DNA of 64,000 nt from Trypanosoma brucei (taxonomy: Eukaryota): assembly GCA_000002445.1 (NCBI GenBank), contig CH464491.1, forward strand, positions 1,984,001-2,048,000. The letters run 5' to 3'. Position numbers and translations under genes: made by a program. Under the pieces are notes generated by a model. That model had not been told where the DNA came from and made no database searches. It saw only the letters and a list, made by a program, of their open reading frames with translations. Positions within the stretch are counted from its first letter, which is position 1; each line of letters opens with the position of its first letter. Below, piece after piece: positions 41,533 through 51,957 of the stretch.

Positions 41533-43023
41533 ATGCGCCGTTTCTACTGCATTCCGTGGAACTGCTTGGTGCTGTCGAAGCCGCCACTTTCACGGCGCTT
41601 ATCAAGTTCAACTGAGACCCCAGAAGCTATTAGGGACGCTATCGCGGCTGATGAGAGGGATCAACGGCGACGTGAGGAGGCTGTCGATGGGCGTTCGGTT
41701 GTGTTTGCATGCGGCAGCAGTGCTGACCACCGACCACGCATAGCCGCTGCCGAAGCCTTTGACGTTGCGGCAGCCGCTCTGTCCAGCACTCCGAATTTCT
41801 GCTTTATGAACGTTTCGATGGATTACGCAGGGATGATAGATGCACCTGAGGTTGTATGGTACAACCTCTGCAAGGTCAACGATGTCACACCGTCGACTGT
41901 ACGGCCACAACAACTGCACATGATTGGAGGTGCTACACGGCTGCAGCGGCCTGGTGGGGGGTTCGTGCAGGTGATGTTGGGTTGCATACCTGACCTGCAG
42001 AGCGACACCTTCACATTTGATACAATACCCGAAGAGGATGACCTGGCAGAAGCTCACCGTCCGTCACCTGCAATTTGTTTTGCGCTCATGGATAATAAGT
42101 TAACGTTGCAGTATGAGCGGCAGCTCGTAGCACATTTGCAGGTTCTAAGCGAACGATTGGGCGGATGCCCTCTCACTGGAGGTATTTATCCAGCCGTTCA
42201 GAAATCTGCAGGTACCACTGGAGATAGTGGTGACGAGACTAAGGAGGAAAAAGGATCAGATAACGATCTTGGAGATTCACTGTTTTTCTTAAATGATCGT
42301 GTGTATACAGGAAGTGCCGCTGGTACTGTTCTCCGCAGTGAGATGGTCAAGGCACATAATCTAAGTGTGGTCCCTTCTATTGCCATTAGGAAAGTAGCCG
42401 TAACGTCCATCAGTAGCGAAGTTGAAGGCGTGTTTGTCGTCAAAACTTTGGAGGGTCGAAGGGCTACAGATGTTATTCATGACGTGTACTGCTCACCGGA
42501 GATGAAGGGGAAACCGTCGAGAGTGTTTCTTGGTCTGCAACATAATGACTTCTGTATCCCTGTTTCCTTTATCGGCAACCCGGGAACCGGCGAGCTTCGT
42601 TTCAGTGCGCCTAAGGGTATCAGTGTGGCTGAGAACGGCACTGTTCAGCTACTGGTGGACGACGTGGAATTGGATAGTGAGGTGGGAGCAGGTGCTCTTA
42701 TAGGACTTCACAAGCGTGTGGCCATGACGTACGCGACGAAGGATGTTAACGTTGCACGAGAGGCTCGCAGAAATGTTGTGGCATCATCTGCAGCTGCGTT
42801 CCATTACTCACATCCCGGCATGAACGTTTTGGCGCGACCGGAAGTGAACATTACTTTAGGGAATTCATCTGTGATGTATGCCCCCTCCCTTCTTCAGCGA
42901 TGCCTGGGAGGGTATTGTTCAACGACTGGTGTTTTTTGCCCTGGTCAGGTAATTACATTGGGTAATGCTACCGGTGTTTTTGCCAGATCCAGCAGCTACA
43001 CTGTCCTGGAGGGGCTCAAATAA
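41533..43023 (+). CDS. Conserved hypothetical protein (496 aa from the first ATG).
   Basis: The ORF-track start at 41455 is GTG. The first in-frame ATG is at 41533 (MRRFYCIPW), preceded by a T-rich tract at 41330-41380. Long uninterrupted ORF with coding composition. No confident domain. Confidence 0.45.
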   Translation: MRRFYCIPWNCLVLSKPPLSRRLSSSTETPEAIRDAIAADERDQRRREEAVDGRSVVFACGSSADHRPRIAAAEAFDVAAAALSSTPNFCFMNVSMDYAGMIDAPEVVWYNLCKVNDVTPSTVRPQQLHMIGGATRLQRPGGGFVQVMLGCIPDLQSDTFTFDTIPEEDDLAEAHRPSPAICFALMDNKLTLQYERQLVAHLQVLSERLGGCPLTGGIYPAVQKSAGTTGDSGDETKEEKGSDNDLGDSLFFLNDRVYTGSAAGTVLRSEMVKAHNLSVVPSIAIRKVAVTSISSEVEGVFVVKTLEGRRATDVIHDVYCSPEMKGKPSRVFLGLQHNDFCIPVSFIGNPGTGELRFSAPKGISVAENGTVQLLVDDVELDSEVGAGALIGLHKRVAMTYATKDVNVAREARRNVVASSAAAFHYSHPGMNVLARPEVNITLGNSSVMYAPSLLQRCLGGYCSTTGVFCPGQVITLGNATGVFARSSSYTVLEGLK

Positions 43024-44345
43024 GCTATTTGTAGACTTGGAGTGAGATATGCCGCAGACATGAATGTTTTAATAAATAGGAGATGGGGTCAGATGCCGAT
43101 GCTGCTCCTGCGTGTACGGGCTTGCGAATGTTTTTCTTCCCGTTTTTGAAACGACTGTTGCCATTGTGCACCCTCTTGTCCTCTTGATATGTGGTGGAGC
43201 TTTATTTTTTCATTTTATTTCGACCCAAGTCCCCCTTGTTACCGTTATGCATAGCATGAGAGTAGTCTTATTGGAGATGACAGGAAGGGGTGGGTTCCGC
43301 GCCTTTCGTTGAATGGGGATAACCAGGTAATGTTACCGGACACCTTTAATGAATGCTGCATCCCTATCGCTACCTTGTATTTGTTTATCGTTTACTTGAT
43401 AAGGGGAGAGGTGTCCACGGGGAAGTGGTTTGTGAACTTCCGTGGTATTTATAGTGTGGGGGTGGATTCATTTTGATGGTGGTTTGTAACTGCTGATTTG
43501 TAGTGTTTTGTAGCTTTTAGTGTTGTTGCAGCAATATTTCTGTGAGAGGAAGCGTACGAATCCACGAAAGATATGAGCCCACCCCTCAGTTAATTATTCC
43601 CATTTCCTACGTGGGTGCTTATGTGCTCCACTGCCCCGCCTCTGTTTGTGGTTTGTACTTTATTTGCTACCATTAGTTTGTTCTCTATGCGAGTAAATGA
43701 ATCCAAGACACGGGGGTGCCGCTGTGCAACATTACCGATGAATGGCTTCCCTGTTAGATACGGTTTATGTTTTACCATACATTTAAAAGAAATTAAATCT
43801 GTCGTTATTTCTTGAAGTTTTCGAACGAAGTGTTGACAATGGATGTTGTTCGCGATATCCTGGGTGAGGGGTCGGGGGTTCCCCAGGGTAACATCATATA
43901 CGAGTCATGCGGACCAAAGTAAAATATATCATACCAGTTCTTCTGTTCAGTTCCTGCTTGTGTGGTGGACTAGGTTGTTCCGTGTCTGGTTTTTAAAGTT
44001 TTTCGAAAGATTGTTTTAAGTGGAGTTGTCCGTCGTGCGGTGCGGTATTTAGCTTCGTGAGTTTTGGGTTTCCCCAGAGGATCGTACCTCCGCATGAGCA
44101 TGGTGAATTTCCAAGAGAGCAACGCACACGCCCGCCGGATCCTAGTTATCTTGTTTGTATGGATATGCTCCTCGTGATCGTTTTTCTCTCAGTAGGCTGG
44201 TGAGCAAGGATGTTAGTGGGGCCTGGACCCCCTGAAAGGTCAAGGAGAATCGTGGCAAGACAACTAACGATATGGAAGCACGCGGTGGCGTGTGATGCTC
44301 TATATCTCGCTTTATTGTTGTAATTATTACATATCATGATTGCTA

Positions 44346-44368
44346 TGTTTTTCTTTTTTCTTTTTTAG
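44346..44368 (+). promoter_or_regulatory. PolyY-AG splice acceptor signal for the small ORF at 44394.
   Basis: Sequence tgtttttcttttttcttttttag lies 25 nt upstream of the ATG. Confidence 0.4.
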
Positions 44369-44393
44369 TGCTAAAACTTAAGGAGTTTTTAGA

Positions 44394-44630
44394 ATGAGAC
44401 AACCCTTTCCGACTACTTGGAAGGTTTACCTCCCCGGTCTGTTCGTCATGGCGATTTACACCTTCGTCATATACTTCAATAATACCCGCGGCAATTTAGT
44501 GAAGGCGGGTCACGACTTTACGCCGATCTATTCTGAGGAGGGAAAACTGGAAGGCTTCACGCATCCCGTGTTGGTGCGAGCAGGTGATAACTACAGGAGT
44601 CGCGAGAACGCAAAAGCAGACTCGTCATAA
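44394..44630 (+). CDS. Candidate small membrane protein (78 aa) with a single predicted TM helix.
   Basis: ATG at 44394 immediately downstream of a strong polyY-AG. Hydrophobic helix: LPGLFVMAIYTFVIYF. It sits alone in a 2-kb gap, and a separate polyY tract (about 44880-44985) serves the downstream proteasome gene. This suggests the mini-ORF is an independently processed mRNA. Confidence 0.35.
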   Translation: MRQPFPTTWKVYLPGLFVMAIYTFVIYFNNTRGNLVKAGHDFTPIYSEEGKLEGFTHPVLVRAGDNYRSRENAKADSS

Positions 44631-45088
44631 TGGATGCGTTGGAGGCTACCGTTCACATGATGCGAATCTATAAGTCTGCTTCGTTCCTGTTATTAATACT
44701 ATGTTTATATTTTGGTTGTTGATGTAAGCGAGCTATCGCCACCACTTTATCGCATTTCAGCATTCTCGCATGCTGCGATGGCAGCTGCGGGCTTATTTAC
44801 AACTTTTGTCTGCTAATTTTGTGCCTGTGTACGTGTTTGGGTGATCACTGGTGGTGGCATACTTTGTCGCACCTACTGCCTTCCTGTTGCGTAATATCGT
44901 ACCTTTTAACTTAGTTATTTCGCTTTTGCTTTTGTGTACCACCTTGCTGCTCCACGATTTTTTTCTTTTGACGTGGGGAAATAGTTAGGAGTTCAAACTA
45001 CTTGTACCCTTCCACGCTCCGATTGCTGTAGTCAAGTTACCATTGGTGCGAAGATTATAAAGAGGAAAGCCAGCCTGCATTTGCTTCC

Positions 45089-45706
45089 ATGTCCATTCTC
45101 ACGTACAGCGGTGGCTCCTGCTTAGCCATGGCTGGCAAGGAGTGCTTTGTGGTGATTTCGGACAATCGCCTTGGTGAGCAACTTAAAACGATTTCTATGG
45201 AGGTTCCGAAGCTATACGTCATCAACGATGGGATTGTTATGGGACTCACGGGGCTCCGAACAGACCAGCAAACCTTCGCTCAGAAAGTTAACTTCCGGAC
45301 CGAAATGTACAAACTCCGTGAGGAGCGGGACATTAACGGTAAGGCTTTCGCAGCTTTAGTGTCCTCTATGCTCTATGAGGCTCGGTTCGGCCCATGGTTC
45401 GTGGAGCCTGTGATTGGCACCATCGACCGCAAAACCGGTGAAGTATATCTCTGCGCTACGGATCTCATCGGTGCCCCGTGCGAGCCAGAGGACTACGTCT
45501 GCGCTGGCACCTGCGCTGAGAGTCTTCACGGTATGTGTGAGGCACTCTGGCGGCCTGGGCTTGAACCGGAGGAATTGTTTGAAGTTGCTGCGCAAGCAAT
45601 GCTTTCTGCATGCGATAGGGATTCCCTCTCAGGTTACGGTGCGGTGGCTGCAATTGTAACAAAGGACAAATTGGTAACACGTCTCATCAAGGGTCGCAAA
45701 GACTAG
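45089..45706 (+). CDS. PSB3: 20S proteasome beta-3 subunit (205 aa), non-catalytic beta type.
   Basis: ATG verified at 45089. The N-terminus MSILTYSGGSCLAMAGKECFVVISDNRLG matches the beta-3 family (MSI..YNGG.V.AM.GK.C.AIA.D.R.G). The Ntn-hydrolase fold holds throughout, and the protein lacks the catalytic Thr1 propeptide context. Confidence 0.85.
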   Translation: MSILTYSGGSCLAMAGKECFVVISDNRLGEQLKTISMEVPKLYVINDGIVMGLTGLRTDQQTFAQKVNFRTEMYKLREERDINGKAFAALVSSMLYEARFGPWFVEPVIGTIDRKTGEVYLCATDLIGAPCEPEDYVCAGTCAESLHGMCEALWRPGLEPEELFEVAAQAMLSACDRDSLSGYGAVAAIVTKDKLVTRLIKGRKD

Positions 45707-46339
45707 GTGAAAATTAGTAAGACTTCCCAATCACTGTTGTGGGGCATGGTAGTGTAGATGACGGGGAAAGGTATTTTTACATCTGTGCGGCGTCATATTT
45801 TCGCTGCCAGCGCTTGTCTTCCCTCCCATCTGTTTCTTCTCACTTCGCGTGCTGGTGCCGTTTGTGCTAGCGCCTTATCACCACCGGATCCTCACCTTGC
45901 CATACAGTGTTTCTTTGCAAACGAGGGTGGCCTTTCTTATATGTGTGTTGGTTAGCTCGCCCTACCCCATTTTCCCCACCGTTCTAACCGTGAGCAAAGA
46001 GAGAGACATGAGAAAGTAAGAAAAAAAAAGAACATGTGATGTGTCAACCAACGGCGATATCGGCGGTTGTCTTTTCCGAAAGGTGTCATTCCGTTGAAGA
46101 GGAATTCTTGTGGCAGAGGTGGCTGACGTAATTTGACTCAAGCGTTTGTACGCATGTGTGGTGCCCCAGCAGGGTGTAGACGTGGAGCCCCCTCCTTCAT
46201 CACTTGTTGTTCCTGTCCCCTCTAAGCTTTGATCACAAGAACTTATAGCTTCTTCTTTCCTAATAACACTTTCTCCTTTCCAAAAAAAAATTGTCGTTTC
46301 GATGAACCTGAAACGAAGCTAAGGTGGAATAAAACCACC

Positions 46340-46741
46340 ATGGAGTCCACTTTGACGCAGTTAGATGATGCACCAATGATCTTTTGCGAGCGCTGTAACA
46401 ATCTGCTCTATCCAGAGAGTGGCAAGGAGGACAGGGTTATGCGATGGCGCTGTAACTACTGCAAAACGTCTGAGATACACGACGAAAATAAACTCGTATA
46501 CATTTTAAACCTGAAGGTTAAGACGAGTACTGTAGAAGAACTGGAACTGTTGGCCGAGTTTGCGAATGATCCCACGGCTCAGCGTGACACCACGAAGCAG
46601 TGCCCTCGATGTGCGATGAACGAAGTCACATGCTTCGTGAACCCCCTTGGACAGCCTCATGAGGATATGACACTCTACTTCGCCTGCGCCAATCAGGGGT
46701 GCCGTCACGTATGGAAGAGCAGCGACCATCAAGACAATTAA
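46340..46741 (+). CDS. RPB9: RNA polymerase small subunit of the RPB9/RPA12/RPC11 family (133 aa) with two zinc ribbons. It is most like RPB9, since it lacks the acidic RSADE hairpin of RPC11/TFIIS.
   Basis: The ORF-track start at 46229 is TTG and lies inside the polyY tract (46245-46282). The ATG is at 46340 (MESTLTQ). N-terminal ribbon: FCERCNNLLYP...CNYC. C-terminal ribbon: CPRCAMNEVTCFVNPLGQPHEDMTLYFACANQGCRHVW. Confidence 0.65.
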   Translation: MESTLTQLDDAPMIFCERCNNLLYPESGKEDRVMRWRCNYCKTSEIHDENKLVYILNLKVKTSTVEELELLAEFANDPTAQRDTTKQCPRCAMNEVTCFVNPLGQPHEDMTLYFACANQGCRHVWKSSDHQDN

Positions 46742-47553
46742 AAAGTGGAAGGGGGAAGGTTATGATCAGCACTGCCTTTTCCACTTCTGGTGTTGTGTTA
46801 AATTATTCAAGATTGATTCATTCCGTAAACCTTCTTGTCCCTCCAGGAGATTGCATACTTATTCTTCGGGTGCCCCACCGCCTACCTTTGCGATGAAAAG
46901 ATTTGAGGTACCGCTTCCCTCTATACCATATAACGAAACAAATATGCACCAACTGCAGTGATCTGTGGGAACAAAGATAATGGACCTACTGAAGTTAGCG
47001 GAGGGAGCGTGTGTTGACGCTGATGGATTAACTCTAGCAGTACAATTTAAATGGAGAAGACAAATGCCTTTATTCTTATTGCCCTCCCGATTTAATCGGC
47101 AATTCGCGTATTTTGGCGGCAGAATTGGTAGTTACAGGTACCGCAATAAGCTGTTTGTTTAGGTTTCATATCGTTCTGATCCCTTCTGATTGTTGCAGTT
47201 TGATGAGTGACCAACACATCTGTTAACTCTAAGTGGTTGTGTGCGCGTGGGGGAGGGGAAGAGGGAAGGGGAGTGAAGGTGCCATCCCCGATGCGATTTA
47301 TGAGTGCAGTTAAGGGTAGTTTTGTACCACACCTTCTCAACTGTACGGTGGCTGTGTTACACTACCCAGGTCCAATTTTTTCACGTCGCTGCTCCCTACG
47401 TCCTTCTCTTTCTCCACTGCTGCGCCGTACTTGTGCATGCTCCTTACCTGGTGCCCGTACTTTTTTCATTTTTCCGTCGTTATTTTGCGTTGCCGTAGAA
47501 AGGTTGTTCTTTTCTGAGTCGCGGCGGCTTTCACTGATCACAGTGCAAAGACA

Positions 47554-50500
47554 ATGATCTCCTCCAGTCAAGGGGGGCCCAAACCCCGAGGAGGCGCGAA
47601 GCGGGGTGTTGCTGAACTGCGAGGAATTGCGGTCGCCACAGCCACAAATGCGCAACTTCGCGTGTTGAGTTATAACTTTAACATCCTCCCCAGGGGTTGT
47701 GGCGGCTTTCAACGGGAACGCATCAGCTCGTTTCTTGAGACTGTCGACCAATATGATGTGATAATGCTGCAGGAGGTCTATGCAGCCAGTGTGTTGCCTT
47801 ACTTTCTGCAGAACCGCATGTGCTTTCAGAAGATGCTGGTGGACGAGCTGGTGCTTCGTGGTTTTCAGCACTACGCCATATCGAAGCAGCCATCGTACAC
47901 TACTATGTTGCGCAATAATGTTTTCTCAGACAATGGACTTATCATTGCATCGCGGTTTCCAATAGGCCAGCGAGGGTCGTACACGTTCCGCAGCCACGAG
48001 CGTGCGGTGCAGTCTGTTCGACGAGGTTGCCTGTTTGCCGAGGTGAAGGTGCCCTTGACCAGTGGTGGGGAGGAGTCAATAATTTTCTTTAATGTACATC
48101 TTCGACAGGAGGATAGCGATGACGTAACCTCAGAGCACGTAAAGGAAACACGCCAGTTTGCTGCCTCCGTCATTCGAAACATGTGCTCAAACCCTGAAGA
48201 TGTGGCACAAATTCCCTTTGTTTTGGCTGGAGACTTTGATGTTAACGGTATCAATTTACACAACGTTGGTCAACCCACAAAAAAGTATGAGGATCTTTTG
48301 GGCGAACTGCAGGCTCTCGGGTCTGGTGTACGTGAGGCCGTGTTTGATGCCCAGCACCGCCATCCGCCAACAAGACCAACGGAGTTGTTCTTCCCGACAC
48401 AATCAAAGTTGGTTCGCAATTCCTTTTCGCCCCAAAGGCAAGACTACTTCTTCGTCTCGCACACCGTTGCCGTTAAGAATCCGGATATCCACAAGTTTGT
48501 TTCAGACAGCCAGCAGCCGTATACATACCTCTCCGATCATTTTGGCGTCTCCGCCGTACTTGCAATCCCCCAAACGTCGAAGCAAAGACACAAAAGATGG
48601 ATGCCGCTCACTGAGTCAAATGCACCAGAATCCGAAGAAACGGTTAACGAACACTCAAACCCCATATTCAGTATCATAGTGGAGATCATCGTTCTATGTA
48701 CCGTGTCGTGGGCGGCGTTCTGTTTTAGCTGGGTTGCGCTTTTGTTCTCCCTGCTTGTGGGTGTGCTTGTTTGGTACTGCCTTTCTCCTATCCATGAGCT
48801 TAGGAGCGAACGGAAATTCACGCGGGTGGGGAACAGCAATGCACATGGAGGGGAAGGTTGTGTGTCGGATCTGCCGCGAGAGTACGAGAGTCTGAAACAT
48901 GCCAACAGTGTTGGTGAAATGTGGAGGCGGGCCGTGTCTCTCCACTCAGCGCAGAGGTGCCTCGGACAAAAGAACGATGCCGGTGTGCCCGAGTGGCTCA
49001 CATTTGTGTCTGTCGATGCGCGGGCTCAAGAGTTGGCCTCCGGTCTCGCTGCTCTTGGTGTTGGCCCCGGTGATGTCATCGGTGTAGACTGTGATGCCAG
49101 TGTTGATTCAACTGTTCTTGAACTGGCTTGCGCTACATACGGAATCGCAACGTTGGCTTTGGTGGGAAAGGGCTCTACAATTAGGAATCTCATTGATGAA
49201 TATGATATTAAGGTAGTTTTTGCTGCCCGCAATGCCGTTGGGGCGATATTGACTTGCCGATCACGATCTTTAGAGACGCTGGTGTGTATGCATTCTTCCC
49301 ACGATAGTACAGACTGCATGGTTGCACGCGATGTTTGCATAACGCTTATTTCGTACAACGAAGTCTTCAGTAAAGGGCGATCACAACCTGTCTTGTTGCG
49401 GCCCGTGTGCGATGACACCACCCTTTACACTATGGTGGTTGATCCTTCGACCTCCAATGGCAATCTCAAAGTTGTTCGGGTGACCCACGCAGATGCCCTT
49501 CGTGCTATTCGCACGCTTGTTGGCACTGCCGTGCTCCCAAATACTCAGCATAAACACCTACTCGTACATTACACTCCCTTCGCGATGCTGTTCAACCGTT
49601 TGTTTGTACTGGGGCTCTTTGCTCACGGCAGTGCTGTGGCAACGACGCCGGTGGCGGCATGTGCGAGAGCGTTTGCCACGATACAACCCACCATCGTGGT
49701 AGCAACACCCTCGTTGTTTTCAACGAGTGCTGTCCAGTTGCGACGCAGGAACGAGCGTTATTGGCCCATCTTCTCATGGATCTTCGAGCAGATTTACCAT
49801 CTCCGGCTTTTTCTCATCAATACCCACAACCGAGATTCACTAATATTGCGAACAATCTTCTTCCGCGGGACACAGCACCTTTTTGGTGGGAATGTCGAAA
49901 AAATCGTTGTGTGCTCTTCTGAAGAAAGCTTATCCGACACACTAGCAGAGCACATCGTTGTTTGTTACACCCCGTGCTTGCGGGAGGTATTTTTTCTGCC
50001 CTCTGAGGGAGTTTTTTGTGTGGATGGGGTTCCAGCACCCAACATTCACGTGCACCTTGAGCCGTTCGACGAACCCTCAAAAGAGGCGAAAATCGGAAGC
50101 CTGGTACTCAGTTGCGAGGGCAGAAAGGAGCGAACCCTTCCCATAGCGGCGATGTGGACTGGTACTCGAACGCTTCGACTCATCGGACCTCCCGACGGCG
50201 TTTTGTTACCTGTAAGATCCGAGTACGTGCTGGCGGCGTCTTTGGAGCGTGTATTTTCCCAATCACGCTACGTCAACGACGTTTTTCTGTATGCCGAGCC
50301 GTCGCGCCCCATTATTGCCATCATTTCACCCAATCGTGATACCGTTGATTTCGAGTGGAGGCAAAGCCGGGAAGGGGAGGTCGCCGGTGAAGATAATCTG
50401 CTATCGAACTGGGCGAAGTTCGCCAGCTTTGCATCCGATCTTCTCACGGCAGACTTCCAAGTGATTGCAAAGAGGAACGCACTGCACGAGTCGAATGTCC

Positions 50501-51957
50501 CTTCATATGTGCACATCCACCCCCATGCGTTTAAGAAGCATGACAGTTTTTTGACCCCGTATGGGGGAATCCGTCGGAATTCACTGAAATCGTACTTCAA
50601 GGTTGTTATCGAAGGGTTTTACAACGACGCAACCCCGACCGCCCTCCCAACACCAGGTCAAATAATCGAAAGCGACGAGGAGGGACAAGCCTATGAGAGG
50701 GATCAGAAGCCGTTTTCACTTAATACGCCAATCTCGATTGATGTTGGGGGAACATTCGCGAAACTTGTTTATGTGCAACCCCCCGGTGATTTCAAAGTAC
50801 CTCACTATGTGGTGAAGGAGGCCGCGGTACTCGCTGAGGGGTTTAATGTACGAATGCTTGACCTCCTCGATAATGCAGAGGGTATGAAGAGGTTGCTCAA
50901 TGATGACCCGTTCTCCACGGTTGGTACGCTGCAGTTTGCCAAGATGTCATCGAAGTGTATTCCTGACTTTATGTCGTATATAGTTGAAAGCCAAATGTTA
51001 AGTTACTACACCAAGGAATACCGCAATACTCTGCGCGTCACAGGTGGTGGAGCCTTTAAGTACGCTGCTCTCGCCAAAAAGATGGATTTGAATTTTTCTG
51101 TGATGAGGGAGATGAGTGCAGTTGTACATGGCCTCGGTGTTGTTATAGGAAGGGCCCCGGAGACCATCTTTACTGTGGACCCGGCCACTGGTGAACGCCA
51201 TCCACACCGCTTGAAGAGCCCCCCTGGAGAGCCGTTTTCCCCTTATCCGTGCTTGCTTGTGAATATTGGCTCAGGCATTTCCATAATCAAGTGTCTTGGT
51301 CCCGATGGGTCGCACGTGCGTATCGGAGGAAGTCCAATGGGTGGAGCGACATTTTGGGGTCTTGTGCGCACCATGACAGCCGTTACGTCGTGGGAGGAAA
51401 TAACTGAGACGATGCGGCTCGACGGGCCGGGTGACAACAGAAATGTGGATCTTCTTGTTGGTGATATTTACGGCTACAATGCGAAGGATCTCCCTCCCAT
51501 GCTTTCAGTAGACACGGTTGCCAGCACGTTTGGTAAGCTTGGCACTGAACGCTTTTATGAATCACAGGGTAATGTGGACAGGTTGTACGCGTCGTCCAGC
51601 GAAGACCTGAGCGGTGCAGTTTCGTCTTCCCCTGATTCGAACCCAACGCTGCACGACGCGGTCGCCCCAACGTTGGCGTCACATGGAAAGACATCGGAGA
51701 TCGACATTGTGAGGTCCTTGTTGAACATGATATCGAGCAATGTCACTCAACTTGCCTACCTTCATAGCCGCGTGCAGGATGTACACAACATCTTTTTTGC
51801 CGGTGGCTTTGTCCGCAACAATCCCATTGTTTGGAGCCATATCAGTTCCTTTATGGCGTACTGGTCAAAAGGTGAGTGCCATGCACATTTCTTGGGGCAT
51901 GACAGTCACCTCGGAGCCCTGGGCGCGGCGACAAACACAGAGGAACATGTGTCCTGA
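47554..51957 (+). CDS. PANK: Tri-domain fusion protein (1467 aa), in N-to-C order. (1) An N-terminal endonuclease/exonuclease/phosphatase (EEP, sphingomyelinase-like) domain. (2) A TM segment followed by an acyl-CoA-synthetase (AMP-binding)-like domain with degenerate catalytic motifs. (3) A C-terminal type II (eukaryotic/fumble) pantothenate kinase.
   Basis: ATG verified at 47554. EEP region: LRVLSYNFNILPRGCGG...YDVIMLQEV...LAGDFDVNG...SDHFGV. TM: IIVEIIVLCTVSWAAFCFSWVALLFSLLVGVLVWY. AMP-binding-like region: VDARAQELASGLAALGVGPGDVIGV...LKVVRVTHADAL...VHYTPFAMLF, with no intact T-S-G-T-T-G P-loop. PanK region: ISIDVGGTFAKLVYV...GGGAFKYA...NIGSGISIIK. Confidence 0.8.
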   Translation: MISSSQGGPKPRGGAKRGVAELRGIAVATATNAQLRVLSYNFNILPRGCGGFQRERISSFLETVDQYDVIMLQEVYAASVLPYFLQNRMCFQKMLVDELVLRGFQHYAISKQPSYTTMLRNNVFSDNGLIIASRFPIGQRGSYTFRSHERAVQSVRRGCLFAEVKVPLTSGGEESIIFFNVHLRQEDSDDVTSEHVKETRQFAASVIRNMCSNPEDVAQIPFVLAGDFDVNGINLHNVGQPTKKYEDLLGELQALGSGVREAVFDAQHRHPPTRPTELFFPTQSKLVRNSFSPQRQDYFFVSHTVAVKNPDIHKFVSDSQQPYTYLSDHFGVSAVLAIPQTSKQRHKRWMPLTESNAPESEETVNEHSNPIFSIIVEIIVLCTVSWAAFCFSWVALLFSLLVGVLVWYCLSPIHELRSERKFTRVGNSNAHGGEGCVSDLPREYESLKHANSVGEMWRRAVSLHSAQRCLGQKNDAGVPEWLTFVSVDARAQELASGLAALGVGPGDVIGVDCDASVDSTVLELACATYGIATLALVGKGSTIRNLIDEYDIKVVFAARNAVGAILTCRSRSLETLVCMHSSHDSTDCMVARDVCITLISYNEVFSKGRSQPVLLRPVCDDTTLYTMVVDPSTSNGNLKVVRVTHADALRAIRTLVGTAVLPNTQHKHLLVHYTPFAMLFNRLFVLGLFAHGSAVATTPVAACARAFATIQPTIVVATPSLFSTSAVQLRRRNERYWPIFSWIFEQIYHLRLFLINTHNRDSLILRTIFFRGTQHLFGGNVEKIVVCSSEESLSDTLAEHIVVCYTPCLREVFFLPSEGVFCVDGVPAPNIHVHLEPFDEPSKEAKIGSLVLSCEGRKERTLPIAAMWTGTRTLRLIGPPDGVLLPVRSEYVLAASLERVFSQSRYVNDVFLYAEPSRPIIAIISPNRDTVDFEWRQSREGEVAGEDNLLSNWAKFASFASDLLTADFQVIAKRNALHESNVPSYVHIHPHAFKKHDSFLTPYGGIRRNSLKSYFKVVIEGFYNDATPTALPTPGQIIESDEEGQAYERDQKPFSLNTPISIDVGGTFAKLVYVQPPGDFKVPHYVVKEAAVLAEGFNVRMLDLLDNAEGMKRLLNDDPFSTVGTLQFAKMSSKCIPDFMSYIVESQMLSYYTKEYRNTLRVTGGGAFKYAALAKKMDLNFSVMREMSAVVHGLGVVIGRAPETIFTVDPATGERHPHRLKSPPGEPFSPYPCLLVNIGSGISIIKCLGPDGSHVRIGGSPMGGATFWGLVRTMTAVTSWEEITETMRLDGPGDNRNVDLLVGDIYGYNAKDLPPMLSVDTVASTFGKLGTERFYESQGNVDRLYASSSEDLSGAVSSSPDSNPTLHDAVAPTLASHGKTSEIDIVRSLLNMISSNVTQLAYLHSRVQDVHNIFFAGGFVRNNPIVWSHISSFMAYWSKGECHAHFLGHDSHLGALGAATNTEEHVS

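Noticed and set aside
46229-46339. N-terminal 37-aa extension of the RPB9-like ORF in the supplied track
   Set aside because: It starts at TTG and overlaps the polypyrimidine acceptor tract (46245-46282). The true start is the ATG at 46340.
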